From a virus: 64,000 bases of DNA. How positions within the stretch are numbered: position 1 is the stretch's first letter; every line of letters begins with the position of its first letter. The position numbers and the translations under genes were made by a program. Below the pieces are notes generated by a model. That model did no database searches. It saw nothing but the letters and a program-made list of their open reading frames with translations, and was not told the origin of the DNA. Positions 38,354-46,950 of this stretch are shown one piece after another. Where the stretch lies: the IMG/VR virus record IMGVR_UViG_2974521666_000001; one strand, written 5' to 3'.

Positions 38354-38395
38354 GGGTGACTGGCAGCCACCGGGGTTCAAGGCCCCGGCACCCAC
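38354..38395 (+). ncRNA. tRNA-like minihelix element 13
   Basis: GGGTG-ACTGGCAGCCA-CCGGGG-TTCAAGG-CCCCGG-CACCC-AC. Confidence 0.5.
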
Positions 38396-38470
38396 TTACT
38401 CGTGATGGATAACAGCCTGGGTTACTAGCCTGAGCATCTCAGTGTTAGTCCTACGGCTATCTCATTTTTC

Positions 38471-38499
38471 GTGCCAAGCAGGCTCTCGTGTGTTATGAT
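38471..38499 (+). promoter_or_regulatory. Candidate sigma-A-type promoter with an extended -10 (TGT-TATGAT) and a weak -35 (GTGCCA, 17-bp spacer)
   Basis: Only a motif match, located in the 170-bp gap upstream of gene 38566. Confidence 0.3.
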
Positions 38500-38565
38500 C
38501 CGGGGCAGGGTTAGGGCCTAGGCCCGACGCCCTAGACTCCCTACGGAACACACAGAGGATGGCCC

Positions 38566-39144
38566 ATGGCATTACCAGCCGAGGAACCAGTTGTTAAGGC
38601 AATGAAGATTGCCGTTGCAGCGAAACGCAATGACTGGCATGGCAATATCGAGGCCCCGTTGGTGGACGGGATTCGCCACACAACAGTGATAGCAACCAGA
38701 AACGATGAGAGGCTGGAGGTTTCATACAAAGGCAACGCATATGAAGCTGGAGAGTACCGGATCTTTGACCGTCGTCAAAACCTACACTGTGCCAGCGTAG
38801 CTTTAGAGAAGGTTGAGGGGTGGCCGGACATCCTGGACTTGTTCAAGGCGTTCCCCAACAAGAACAAACCCAATCTAGTAGAAACATATCGCCGGCTGCC
38901 ATTCGATGAACATACGGACACACCGGAATTCATCATGGAGCAGATGATCGGCCGTCAGCTGTTCTGGTTCTCGCACGAGTACAACAGGCTGGACTTTGAC
39001 GTAGTCCTGCAACCTCGCAAGAGCAACTCGAAGAACTTTCGCATAGCGCCAGTAGGCCATCGGAAGATCTTTCACTTCATGGGAGCCAAGGCAGGCTTCC
39101 GTTCTGTCATTCTCGACACAATCATCAAGGTAGGCAACGCATGA
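38566..39144 (+). CDS. Hypothetical protein (192 aa)
   Basis: CAGAGGATGGCCCATG start context after a GC hairpin (38512-38535). Confidence 0.45.
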   Translation: MALPAEEPVVKAMKIAVAAKRNDWHGNIEAPLVDGIRHTTVIATRNDERLEVSYKGNAYEAGEYRIFDRRQNLHCASVALEKVEGWPDILDLFKAFPNKNKPNLVETYRRLPFDEHTDTPEFIMEQMIGRQLFWFSHEYNRLDFDVVLQPRKSNSKNFRIAPVGHRKIFHFMGAKAGFRSVILDTIIKVGNA

Positions 39145-39785
39145 CCGCAGTGTATCCCAACGACGTAGACGCTGTACTGGATCAGTGCATCCGGGAAGAC
39201 AAGGCCCTTAAAGAGGCCCGGGAGTACGCCTCTGACATGGAGCTTCCGGACATTGCTGTATCCGTGCAGCAAGCGAAGTTCCTTGAGCTGTTAGTTCGTA
39301 CAGCCAAGGCCAAGAACGTCCTAGAGATCGGCACACTGGCAGGCTACAGCACCATTGCCCTAGCCCGCGCCGTCGGGGAGGACGGGTACGTGACCACCGT
39401 GGAGTATGAGCCACGGCACGCCAAGGTTGCACATGTGAACCTGTATCACGCTGGAATCCACCACAGAACCAGTGTGTTGGTAGGGGATGCACACGACATC
39501 TTGCCCAAGCTGGAGCCAAACTCGTTTGACTTCATCTTCATTGACGCCGACAAGGAGTCCAACGAGGCTTACTTCAAGTACGCGTACGGCCTTGGCACAG
39601 AAGACGTTACCGTGGTGGTGGACAACGTGATTCGCGACGGCAGGGTGCTGGACCCTAGCAGGCCGGACAAGCGGGAATTCATAGAGTTCCTCGGCCGTCA
39701 GCCTGCATTTGACGTATCCGTTATCCAGACAACGGGTTCCAAGGGCTGGGACGGGTTCGTGCTGGCCAAGCGAAAGGTGATGTGA
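39141..39785 (+). CDS. SAM-dependent O-methyltransferase (class I, catechol/caffeoyl-CoA O-methyltransferase-like)
   Basis: Motif I VLEIGTLAGYSTIALA and FDFIFIDADKE acidic motif. Confidence 0.65.
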   Translation: MTAVYPNDVDAVLDQCIREDKALKEAREYASDMELPDIAVSVQQAKFLELLVRTAKAKNVLEIGTLAGYSTIALARAVGEDGYVTTVEYEPRHAKVAHVNLYHAGIHHRTSVLVGDAHDILPKLEPNSFDFIFIDADKESNEAYFKYAYGLGTEDVTVVVDNVIRDGRVLDPSRPDKREFIEFLGRQPAFDVSVIQTTGSKGWDGFVLAKRKVM

Positions 39786-39976
39786 TGGCTCGTCTGTTAA
39801 CCATCCACATTCAGACTCAACGTAGGGACCGTACTGTTGTCGCCAAGATGACACGGTGCCAGTGCCTCAAGGCTGCTTGTATCATGGTCTGGGCTGCGCT
39901 CACTGGAGATTCGGAGAACCACGAGTGAACACAGTGGAGTTCAGGCTCGCAGCCGGCGCGAAAGGCGTAGTGGTAT

Positions 39977-40306
39977 ATGATTATTGAGTCAACACGTGAA
40001 TTCATGATTTCGTGCGATTCGTTTAGGATCGAATGCAACCAATGTGGTGATTGGTCAAATGGCTTGTCCCGCAACGATCTTGATGAGTTCAAAGCCAAGC
40101 ATGAGCACAAGAACGAACGCTTCTATGTCCAATGCAATTCAGAGGGCGAAGATTTGGCCGTAGTGAAAATGACCTACGATCAACAGGCCGTAATCGAAAA
40201 GTTTGAACGAGATTCGGCGCGAAAACGTCAGTGGCGCAAAGAGAATGAGGGCAAATTTGCCACTCATGAGGAAATGATGGAGGCGTACAAAAAGGAATTT
40301 GGTTGA
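39977..40306 (+). CDS. Hypothetical protein encoded in a distinctly AT-rich segment (109 aa)
   Basis: Local GC visibly far below the genome background; Lys/Glu-rich with CxxC (ECNQCGDW). Confidence 0.45.
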   Translation: MIIESTREFMISCDSFRIECNQCGDWSNGLSRNDLDEFKAKHEHKNERFYVQCNSEGEDLAVVKMTYDQQAVIEKFERDSARKRQWRKENEGKFATHEEMMEAYKKEFG

Positions 40307-40391
40307 TGAATCTTAGCAGGGCCACCCGTGTGGACTGCACCAACATCATCACCGCTCTTACTGCGGCTCTAGAAGATAGGTAGGTTTTAGG

Positions 40392-42152
40392 GTGCCACAA
40401 TCAGACCTCGGAGTTGCCCTTCACAGTAGGCCGTTCCAGCTAGCAGGCGCACGGTTTGCCATGCGACATAAGAACGTACTGATTGCCGATGAACCTGGAC
40501 TCGGTAAGACCATCCAGGCCATTGCAGCTGTAACAGGTAACAAGACTACGGGTTCCGTGCTGATTGTGGCACCCAAAACCGCTGCGTACGTAACATGGCC
40601 AGCTGAGCTACGGCGCTGGTTACACGATCTTGCACCAGATGACCCTGTGCGTATCATCACCGGCAATGCAGACAAGCGTACTCGCATAGCGTTGCTACGA
40701 GATACGGTCAAGTGGGAGACCTCCAGCCAGCGCGCGGGCCAACGCCAGTGGGTTATCGTATCTCCTAACTACTTACGCTTCAAGATTGAGTGCGATGACA
40801 AGGGGCGCTACGTCCATGACGACAAGGGCAACAAGATCATCACCCCGGTACGTGAGGCCCTGAAGCCTCTGCTGTACATACAGTGGGCTGCCGTGATTGT
40901 TGACGAGGCCCACGAAACCCTAGCTGGTGCTACGGGAAACTTGAAGAAGCAAAGTGCTCAGAGCAGAGGCCTACGTCTGCTTGACATTCGTGAAGACGGA
41001 ATGCGACTTGCGTTGTCTGGCACGCCCTTTCGTGGTAAGCACGAGAACATCTGGGGCATCCTCAACTGGATTGACCCTGTGGAGTACAACGCCAATGGTG
41101 GCCCTAACTCTTACTGGAAGTGGGTCTACAGGTACTTCCAGGTCTACCACGACGACGTATTCGATACGGACGTTATCGGAAAGCTGCGCAGTGAACGCGA
41201 CTTGCGAGCTGCATTAAAGCCGTACATGATTCGGCGCACCAAGAAGAAAGTGCTACCGGAGCTACCGGATAAGCAATACGGTGGCACACCGCTGTACCCA
41301 AAGAAGAAGCCTCCCAAAGAGCTACTGGACGCCGTAGCCCGCGCTGCGGAGGAGCAGAAGGCCAATCCCAAGGCAAGGCTAGGTTACCGGAAGGCACAAG
41401 CCAAGCTGGCTGGGTGGTACGACAAGAACAACCCCGTTGCAGTATGGCTTCCGATGGACGGCAAGCAACGTACAGCCTACAACCAGATGAAGACCCAGGC
41501 CATGGCCAACATCGAAGGTGGTACGCTGCTAGCCAATTCGTTGTTGGCTGAGATGACAAGGCTTAAGCAGTTTGCGAATAGCTATGGGAGACTAGACGAA
41601 CAGGGCAATTACCACCCTGATATGCCCTCGAACAAATTCGACTGGATACTCCAGTTCCTTAATGAGAGAGGCATTTACGGCCCAGAACCAAGCGGCAACA
41701 GGATCATCATTGCATCCCAGTTCACTAAGCACATCAACCTGTTTGCGCAAGTCTTGTTAGAACAGTACAAGATACCGAATTACAAGATCACCGGTGCCAC
41801 CAGTGCAGATGAGAGACTACGGATTCAAGAGGAATTCCAGTCTGGGCAGACGCCGGCTGGTAAGCCGAGTCCGGAAGTGTTGCTACTGAATACGAAAGCT
41901 GGTGGCGTGGGCATCACCCTGGATGCTGCCGACGACATGATCGTGGTGGACAGTACCCACAACGTGGATGATCAAGTGCAACTAGAAGATCGGATTCACC
42001 GCATCTCCAGGATACATAGCGTTACTATCTGGAACCTTGTTACCAAGGGTACTATCGACGAGAAGATCTTACGAGCCACCCGTAAGACGGGCCGTAGTCT
42101 TAAGCGTATCTTGGACACACCAGAGGCAGCTAAGGACTTATTGGAGAGCTGA
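40392..42152 (+). CDS. SNF2/RAD54-family helicase (DEAD/DEAH box plus helicase C-terminal domain)
   Basis: LIADEPGLGKTIQAIA (motif I), VIVDEAHETL (motif II, DEAH), and C-terminal helicase motifs. Confidence 0.7.
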   Translation: MPQSDLGVALHSRPFQLAGARFAMRHKNVLIADEPGLGKTIQAIAAVTGNKTTGSVLIVAPKTAAYVTWPAELRRWLHDLAPDDPVRIITGNADKRTRIALLRDTVKWETSSQRAGQRQWVIVSPNYLRFKIECDDKGRYVHDDKGNKIITPVREALKPLLYIQWAAVIVDEAHETLAGATGNLKKQSAQSRGLRLLDIREDGMRLALSGTPFRGKHENIWGILNWIDPVEYNANGGPNSYWKWVYRYFQVYHDDVFDTDVIGKLRSERDLRAALKPYMIRRTKKKVLPELPDKQYGGTPLYPKKKPPKELLDAVARAAEEQKANPKARLGYRKAQAKLAGWYDKNNPVAVWLPMDGKQRTAYNQMKTQAMANIEGGTLLANSLLAEMTRLKQFANSYGRLDEQGNYHPDMPSNKFDWILQFLNERGIYGPEPSGNRIIIASQFTKHINLFAQVLLEQYKIPNYKITGATSADERLRIQEEFQSGQTPAGKPSPEVLLLNTKAGGVGITLDAADDMIVVDSTHNVDDQVQLEDRIHRISRIHSVTIWNLVTKGTIDEKILRATRKTGRSLKRILDTPEAAKDLLES

Positions 42153-42154
42153 GC

Positions 42155-42457
42155 ATGACGTGCTTCTTACTTACAGTAGGTTCTGGCCTCTTGGGCATCG
42201 TCGCAGGTAGTTGGGTCACGTGGCGTGTGAACGAGCGGCTCTTTAATCGTCTGCAGGCCCGTCGGGCCACCCTGGAGCTGATCAGGGAACTGGAAAACCG
42301 TAGAGTCGCAACGGAATCCGACCGTGAGCACCTTGTGCGGGCCAGGGCCGGAGCACCAGCGCGTGTCAACGACGGGATGACTACTAAGCCAGGCACGCTC
42401 GCCCGGTACCTGCGTGATACAGCTGCTGCTAACAAATTCGCCCCGAAACGGGGTTGA
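42155..42457 (+). CDS. Hypothetical protein with an N-terminal transmembrane helix (100 aa)
   Basis: ATG overlaps the upstream stop. Confidence 0.35.
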   Translation: MTCFLLTVGSGLLGIVAGSWVTWRVNERLFNRLQARRATLELIRELENRRVATESDREHLVRARAGAPARVNDGMTTKPGTLARYLRDTAAANKFAPKRG

Positions 42458-42538
42458 CAGGCCGCTGGCGGTGGTGTATCGTTGTCGTCGTCAGGCCACC
42501 GGGGCATCCCGGAAGAACGAAAAGGGAAGAGACACAAC

Positions 42539-42988
42539 ATGACTGTTGAGACGACCGAAAAGACGGGCCGTGGCGGCGCTCGTGGACCTCGTGTGTTCAA
42601 GGACACGCCGACTCCCCGCGACCGGGTGATCAGTGAGTCGTTGGCCGACAAGGTCAAAGAGCTCACCGGCAAGACCATTTCGCCGGAGGACTGCCGCGCC
42701 GTCAAGTTCAGTCTCTCTCGGTGGTACGAAGACCCTGCCACCAAGGAACTGCTGAACGACATGGACGCTCAGCTCAAGAAGGCCAAGGCCAAGGAGAAGG
42801 CCGAGAAGGCCCGCAAGCTCCTGGAAGAGGCCCAGCGGGAGCTGGAAGACGCTGAGGAAGACGACGATTCGGACGACGCGTCGGACGAGGACACCCAGGC
42901 CGCTGCTGCGGACGAGGACGACGAGGACGACGAGGACTCGTTGTTCGACGACGAGGACGAGGACGACAAGGTCAGCGCGACCTTCTGA
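42539..42988 (+). CDS. Hypothetical protein with a highly acidic C-terminal tail (149 aa)
   Basis: AAAGGGAAGAGACACAACATG start context; DEDDEDDEDSLFDDEDEDD tail. Confidence 0.35.
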   Translation: MTVETTEKTGRGGARGPRVFKDTPTPRDRVISESLADKVKELTGKTISPEDCRAVKFSLSRWYEDPATKELLNDMDAQLKKAKAKEKAEKARKLLEEAQRELEDAEEDDDSDDASDEDTQAAAADEDDEDDEDSLFDDEDEDDKVSATF

Positions 42989-44151
42989 TCCGGTCCTCTA
43001 GGGCAGCTACCGAATTGGGGATTAAGTAGCCCCACTACCATCCTCTGGTGAAGAAGATTGCACGGCCTCCCCGTACAGCCACGCAATGTCTCCCCAGTTC
43101 GGTAGCTCTAAAGGGTAGAGAGACATCGACACTCAGCACGTATTGAGTAGCCCCTCGGCAAGCTGAAAACGTCTGTCTCTCTACTCCTTAGGGCAGGACC
43201 TGCCCTCCAGTGACCGGGGTACGCACCAGCGAAGAGTCAAGTACAGTCCCTCCAAGCCTGGAAGACCCAGTAGCACAGAGCCTCTGCCCCGGTACACGGG
43301 AATTGTTCTTACACAGTTGAATATACTTCGAGCCTGATCGATAGGCAGTAGCAATGCTGCTGAAAGGCCGGTTGATCCCCGGTCGCCTAGTAATCCTAGG
43401 TAACTCAGGCAATCCAGTACCTTCGCCCATCTGAACGGTGGTGGGACGCAGGCAAGCAGAGCGGGCCAGGCCGATACGGTGAGGCCAGTCGTGTACGCAG
43501 CGACTCAAACGCTATAAGCTGCAAGCCTGATGGTTGGTACATGGGAGGGATACATAGTGCGAGTAGGCATACAAGTGCGGTATCCATGGAGGCCCCAAGG
43601 CGTGGTTGGCGAATCACGTAGGAGCTGAAGAGCACAAGTAGCGGGCACGTGAAAGTGCGATGGCGTGGTGCATTCTGTGGCTCAAAAGGCGACGGAACAC
43701 CTGGGGCAGCACGTCGTCAGATCGTATGGCCTGGTCTCCCTAAGGGACCACCAAAGCGCTCAGGCAAGAGCACTACCATTGGGAGGTAGCAACGGTGTAA
43801 AAGCCGTTTCCGGTTCGACTCCGGCAAAGCAAAAGTCTGTCCCCGCTAGCAACGAAAGTACCCTAATCCCTAGGGCTTACGCCAACTAGGGCACCGGAAG
43901 GCTCGCAAGGCCGACTGGTGTTGCTAGACAAAGTAGTGCAGGTAGGGGGAGGCCACCCCTGACCGAATCGAAACGTCAGCGAGTAGTTCGCTAGTGTAGG
44001 TAGTGGTTCCGCCAATCAAACGGGACCGGGTACGGTGGCTGCAAGTGGGAGCTTGCGGACAAGGAACTAACACATAAGGTTCTGAAAGGCCACTGGGATT
44101 AGGGTCAAGTCTACGCCCTTTCCACCCCTAACAACAAGAGGATGGTAACTC
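42989..44151 (+). other. 1.16-kb non-coding, lower-GC, highly structured region (candidate large structured non-coding RNA or replication/packaging element)
   Basis: No plausible ORF on either strand; many local hairpins (GGGCAGGACCTGCCC, CCTAGTAATCCTAGG, GGTCTCCCTAAGGGACC and others). Confidence 0.4.
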
Positions 44152-45321
44152 ATGGATAACGTTCCGTTGCTACGCAACTCAGAACGGCACGACTTCAAGC
44201 GATGCCCCTTGCGCTGGTGGTGGCGCTATGGCGAGCACCTCGTGCCTGTCAACTTCTCTACTGGCCCACTGGTTTTCGGAAGCCTTGGCCACCTTGCCCT
44301 AGCAGAGCACTACATTCCAGGCCGCAAGCGTGGAATCGACCCACGCGAGACCTGGGACAAGATTACCCAAGAGCTATGGGACTCAGTCAAAGTCGAAAAG
44401 TTCGTCGACGACGAGATTGAGGGTACTTGGGAGGACGCCCGCGTGCTGGGCCACGAAATGCTCGGGCACTACCTGGAACACTACGGCAATGACGAGCACT
44501 GGGAAGTCCTGTGGACAGAAGACCAGTTCCACCAACGTATTCCACACCCTGATGACCTACGCAAGCAGGCCAAGAGACCTCGCCCCATTGTGGAATACGT
44601 AGGGACCATAGACCTGATCGTTCGGAATCACATCACAGGTCTGATCGAGTACGTGGACCACAAGTTCATGAAAACCATAGAGGTAGATCACCTTTACATT
44701 GATGACCAGAACGGTGGTTACCTTGCCATCGGCACACACGAGCTGCGAAAAAGGGGGCTGATTGGGCCTCGAGAGTCAGTTCGTGTGCTGGTCTACAACT
44801 TCCTGCGCAAGGCTAAGCCGGACCAAAGGCCCCGTAACGCTGATGGCAAGTACACCAACCTTCCTACCAAGGAAGACTACGTCAAAGCCATTCAGGCATA
44901 CCTAGACCAGCGTGGCAAAGGCGATATCGGAGACTACATCTCCTCGAGGGCCAAGAAAGAAGAATACGAATCCCTTGCTAGGGGATTGAATTTGGTTGTG
45001 CTGGGCGAGGTCTCTAAGAGTCAGCCTGCCCCGTACTTCCACCGGGAGCGCATTGAGCGCACCAATGCCGAACGCAACGTACAGATCAAGCGCATCGGCC
45101 AAGAGGCTTTGGTTATGGAGCAGTTCAGGTCTCGCCGGCTGCCCATCTACAAGACACCAACACGTGACTGCAAATGGGACTGTAGCTTTTTCGACCTCTG
45201 CCAGATCCACGAAAGCGGTGGAGACGTAGAGTTTGCCAAGAGCCACATGTTCCGCAAAGAAGACCCGTACCAAGAGTACTACTCTGGTGCAGAGTCACCG
45301 AAACTGTTGCGCGACAGGTAG
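44152..45321 (+). CDS. RecB/Cas4-family PD-(D/E)xK exonuclease with a 4-Cys cluster
   Basis: IDLIVRN ... IEYVDHKF (D ... E-x-K), an N-terminal Cys, and C-terminal CKWDCSFFDLC; AAGAGGATGGTAACTCATG start context. Confidence 0.55.
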   Translation: MDNVPLLRNSERHDFKRCPLRWWWRYGEHLVPVNFSTGPLVFGSLGHLALAEHYIPGRKRGIDPRETWDKITQELWDSVKVEKFVDDEIEGTWEDARVLGHEMLGHYLEHYGNDEHWEVLWTEDQFHQRIPHPDDLRKQAKRPRPIVEYVGTIDLIVRNHITGLIEYVDHKFMKTIEVDHLYIDDQNGGYLAIGTHELRKRGLIGPRESVRVLVYNFLRKAKPDQRPRNADGKYTNLPTKEDYVKAIQAYLDQRGKGDIGDYISSRAKKEEYESLARGLNLVVLGEVSKSQPAPYFHRERIERTNAERNVQIKRIGQEALVMEQFRSRRLPIYKTPTRDCKWDCSFFDLCQIHESGGDVEFAKSHMFRKEDPYQEYYSGAESPKLLRDR

Positions 45322-45418
45322 ATTCGTGGTACACTGTGGCCACGCTCGAGGACGTACGAGTAACTCTTAGTAGCACATCACAATTCGCCTCACGAGTAAC
45401 TGAGTAAGGGAGACTATT

Positions 45419-46249
45419 ATGCCGACATGGGATGAAGCTGTACAGGATCCAGATATCGTTGCGTTGGATGCCATTTCGCCGCACCCAAACTTTATGGTCT
45501 ACGGGGCCTCTGGCTGTGGTAAGACGGTGCTGGGAGGCAGCGACGACAAGGTGCTGTTCCTCACGTGTGAGCCAGAGGGTTGCATCAGTGCAAAGCGCAT
45601 GGGCAGCAATGCAAGACAGGTGATCATCCATCATTGGGACCAGCTGGAAGAGTGGTACGACAAGCTATCCGAGTGGGCCGAGGACGGCACCGGCATCCCG
45701 TTCAACTGGATCGTGATCGATACCATTAGTGACGCACAGGGATTGTTGTTCGACAAGCTGCTGGATGAGAAGGGCCTGGACGTAGAGGACTGGCCCACCT
45801 ACCGCAAGAACCAGAAGATACTGCTACGCTACGTCAAGAAGATGAACCAGCTGCCGGTCAACCTGCTCTGGTTGGCATGGGACCGTAAGGAAACCGACGC
45901 CGACGGTGAGGACTTCTTCTGCCCTGAGATTCACGGCAAGGGCTACTCCATTGCAATGCAAGTGGCAGCACAGATGACCTCGTACGGTTACATGCAGGTT
46001 CGCACCGAGCGCAAGCAGGTGATGAAAGACGGTAAGGCAGTAGTCAATCCGAAGACTAAGAAGCCACGCACAACACTAGAGACACATCGCTATATATACT
46101 GGCAGGACATTCAAAGCTTGAGAGGCAAGGACCGAACGATGGCGCTGGCCCCGTTCACAAAGGACTTGACTCTCAGAGACATTCGCCTGAAGGTTGAAAA
46201 GGCCTTTGCCGGCGAAGCTGAGAAAACCGATGAGAAAGTAGGGAACTGA
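45419..46249 (+). CDS. RecA-like AAA ATPase (Sak4-type recombination/annealing ATPase)
   Basis: Walker A VYGASGCGKT and Walker B-like WIVIDTISD. Confidence 0.55.
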   Translation: MPTWDEAVQDPDIVALDAISPHPNFMVYGASGCGKTVLGGSDDKVLFLTCEPEGCISAKRMGSNARQVIIHHWDQLEEWYDKLSEWAEDGTGIPFNWIVIDTISDAQGLLFDKLLDEKGLDVEDWPTYRKNQKILLRYVKKMNQLPVNLLWLAWDRKETDADGEDFFCPEIHGKGYSIAMQVAAQMTSYGYMQVRTERKQVMKDGKAVVNPKTKKPRTTLETHRYIYWQDIQSLRGKDRTMALAPFTKDLTLRDIRLKVEKAFAGEAEKTDEKVGN

Positions 46250-46950
46250 TGCCCAAGGTGATGAAGCCGCCCACCGATTACGATGACTCGGCGACCAACA
46301 CAGGCGGTGATTGGTACGATGGCCCACCGCCAAAGCCGGGCCTGTACAAGGGCGTTGTGAAGAAGATGCTGCTGTCCAAGGTCACCCAAGGGGAGAAGAA
46401 GGGCGAGCAGCGAATCATGGTGATCTGTGAGATCTCTGAGGGCAAGTTCAAGGGAGCCGGTGTCTCCAAGTGGCTTCAGCTCACCCAGCAAGGCAGCCCG
46501 TGGGTCAACCAGTTCCTCCATGCCCTCACCGACGGCAGCGAAACCCAGAAGGCCGCAATCCGCAAGGCTTTCAAGGAGATTGGCTTTGCCGTCGACGATG
46601 CAGATGCCAAGAAGCGCTACCCGATTGTCCGTATCGGCAAGAAGACCAACCCGATTGGCCGCCCAATTAGCTTCGTGACGAAAATGCGTACGGACGACCA
46701 GGGAGTCGAACGGGCCGAAATCAGCCGCTTCGTCACGCCTCGTGCTGCGGATGACGATGAGGACGAGGACGATTCGGACGACATCTTGACGGCCGACGAC
46801 GACACCACAGAGGACGACGGCGACGAGGGCAACGCCGACGACACGTTCGGTGACATGGACTCGGACGACGATGCAACCGATGGCGATTCGGAAGACGAAG
46901 AGTTGCCGGCTGATGACTCAGACGACGAGGGTGAGCCCTGGGAAGTCTGA
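46249..46950 (+). CDS. Hypothetical protein with a long acidic C-terminal tail; possibly an SSB-like partner of the ATPase
   Basis: Position after a Sak4-like gene; ~80-residue D/E-rich tail; no motif recognised. Confidence 0.3.
   Translation: MPKVMKPPTDYDDSATNTGGDWYDGPPPKPGLYKGVVKKMLLSKVTQGEKKGEQRIMVICEISEGKFKGAGVSKWLQLTQQGSPWVNQFLHALTDGSETQKAAIRKAFKEIGFAVDDADAKKRYPIVRIGKKTNPIGRPISFVTKMRTDDQGVERAEISRFVTPRAADDDEDEDDSDDILTADDDTTEDDGDEGNADDTFGDMDSDDDATDGDSEDEELPADDSDDEGEPWEV

Noticed and set aside
31050-38395. Complete tRNA genes at the GGTTCGAGTCC sites
   Set aside because: Each site has only an acceptor-like stem and a T-arm. Only 11-14 nt (34 in one case) lie between the 5' stem strand and the T-arm, so there is no room for D and anticodon arms. 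They are tRNA-like minihelices, not tRNAs.
31050-38395. Integron-like attC recombination sites separating gene cassettes
   Set aside because: No integron integrase in the window; no R''/L''/L'/R' GTTRRRY core symmetry; the conserved part is a tRNA T-loop rather than an attC bulged hairpin.
42769-43086. Ser-rich 105-aa minus-strand ORF with an upstream GAGGATGG box
   Set aside because: It is the antisense of the Asp/Glu-rich tail of gene 42539-42988 (GAC/GAG repeats read as Ser codons). The box match is on the wrong strand relative to every other copy.
42989-44151. tmRNA or self-splicing intron in the 1.16-kb non-coding block
   Set aside because: No tag-peptide reading frame ending in Ala-Ala-stop; no tRNA-like 5'/3' end pairing; no flanking gene is interrupted. 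Kept only as 'structured non-coding region of unknown nature'.
44090-44151. A minihelix upstream of the Cas4-like nuclease gene (GGGTCAAGTCTACGCCC)
   Set aside because: No clean T-arm stem or complementary acceptor-like strands could be drawn; only the downstream AAGAGGATGG box is shared.
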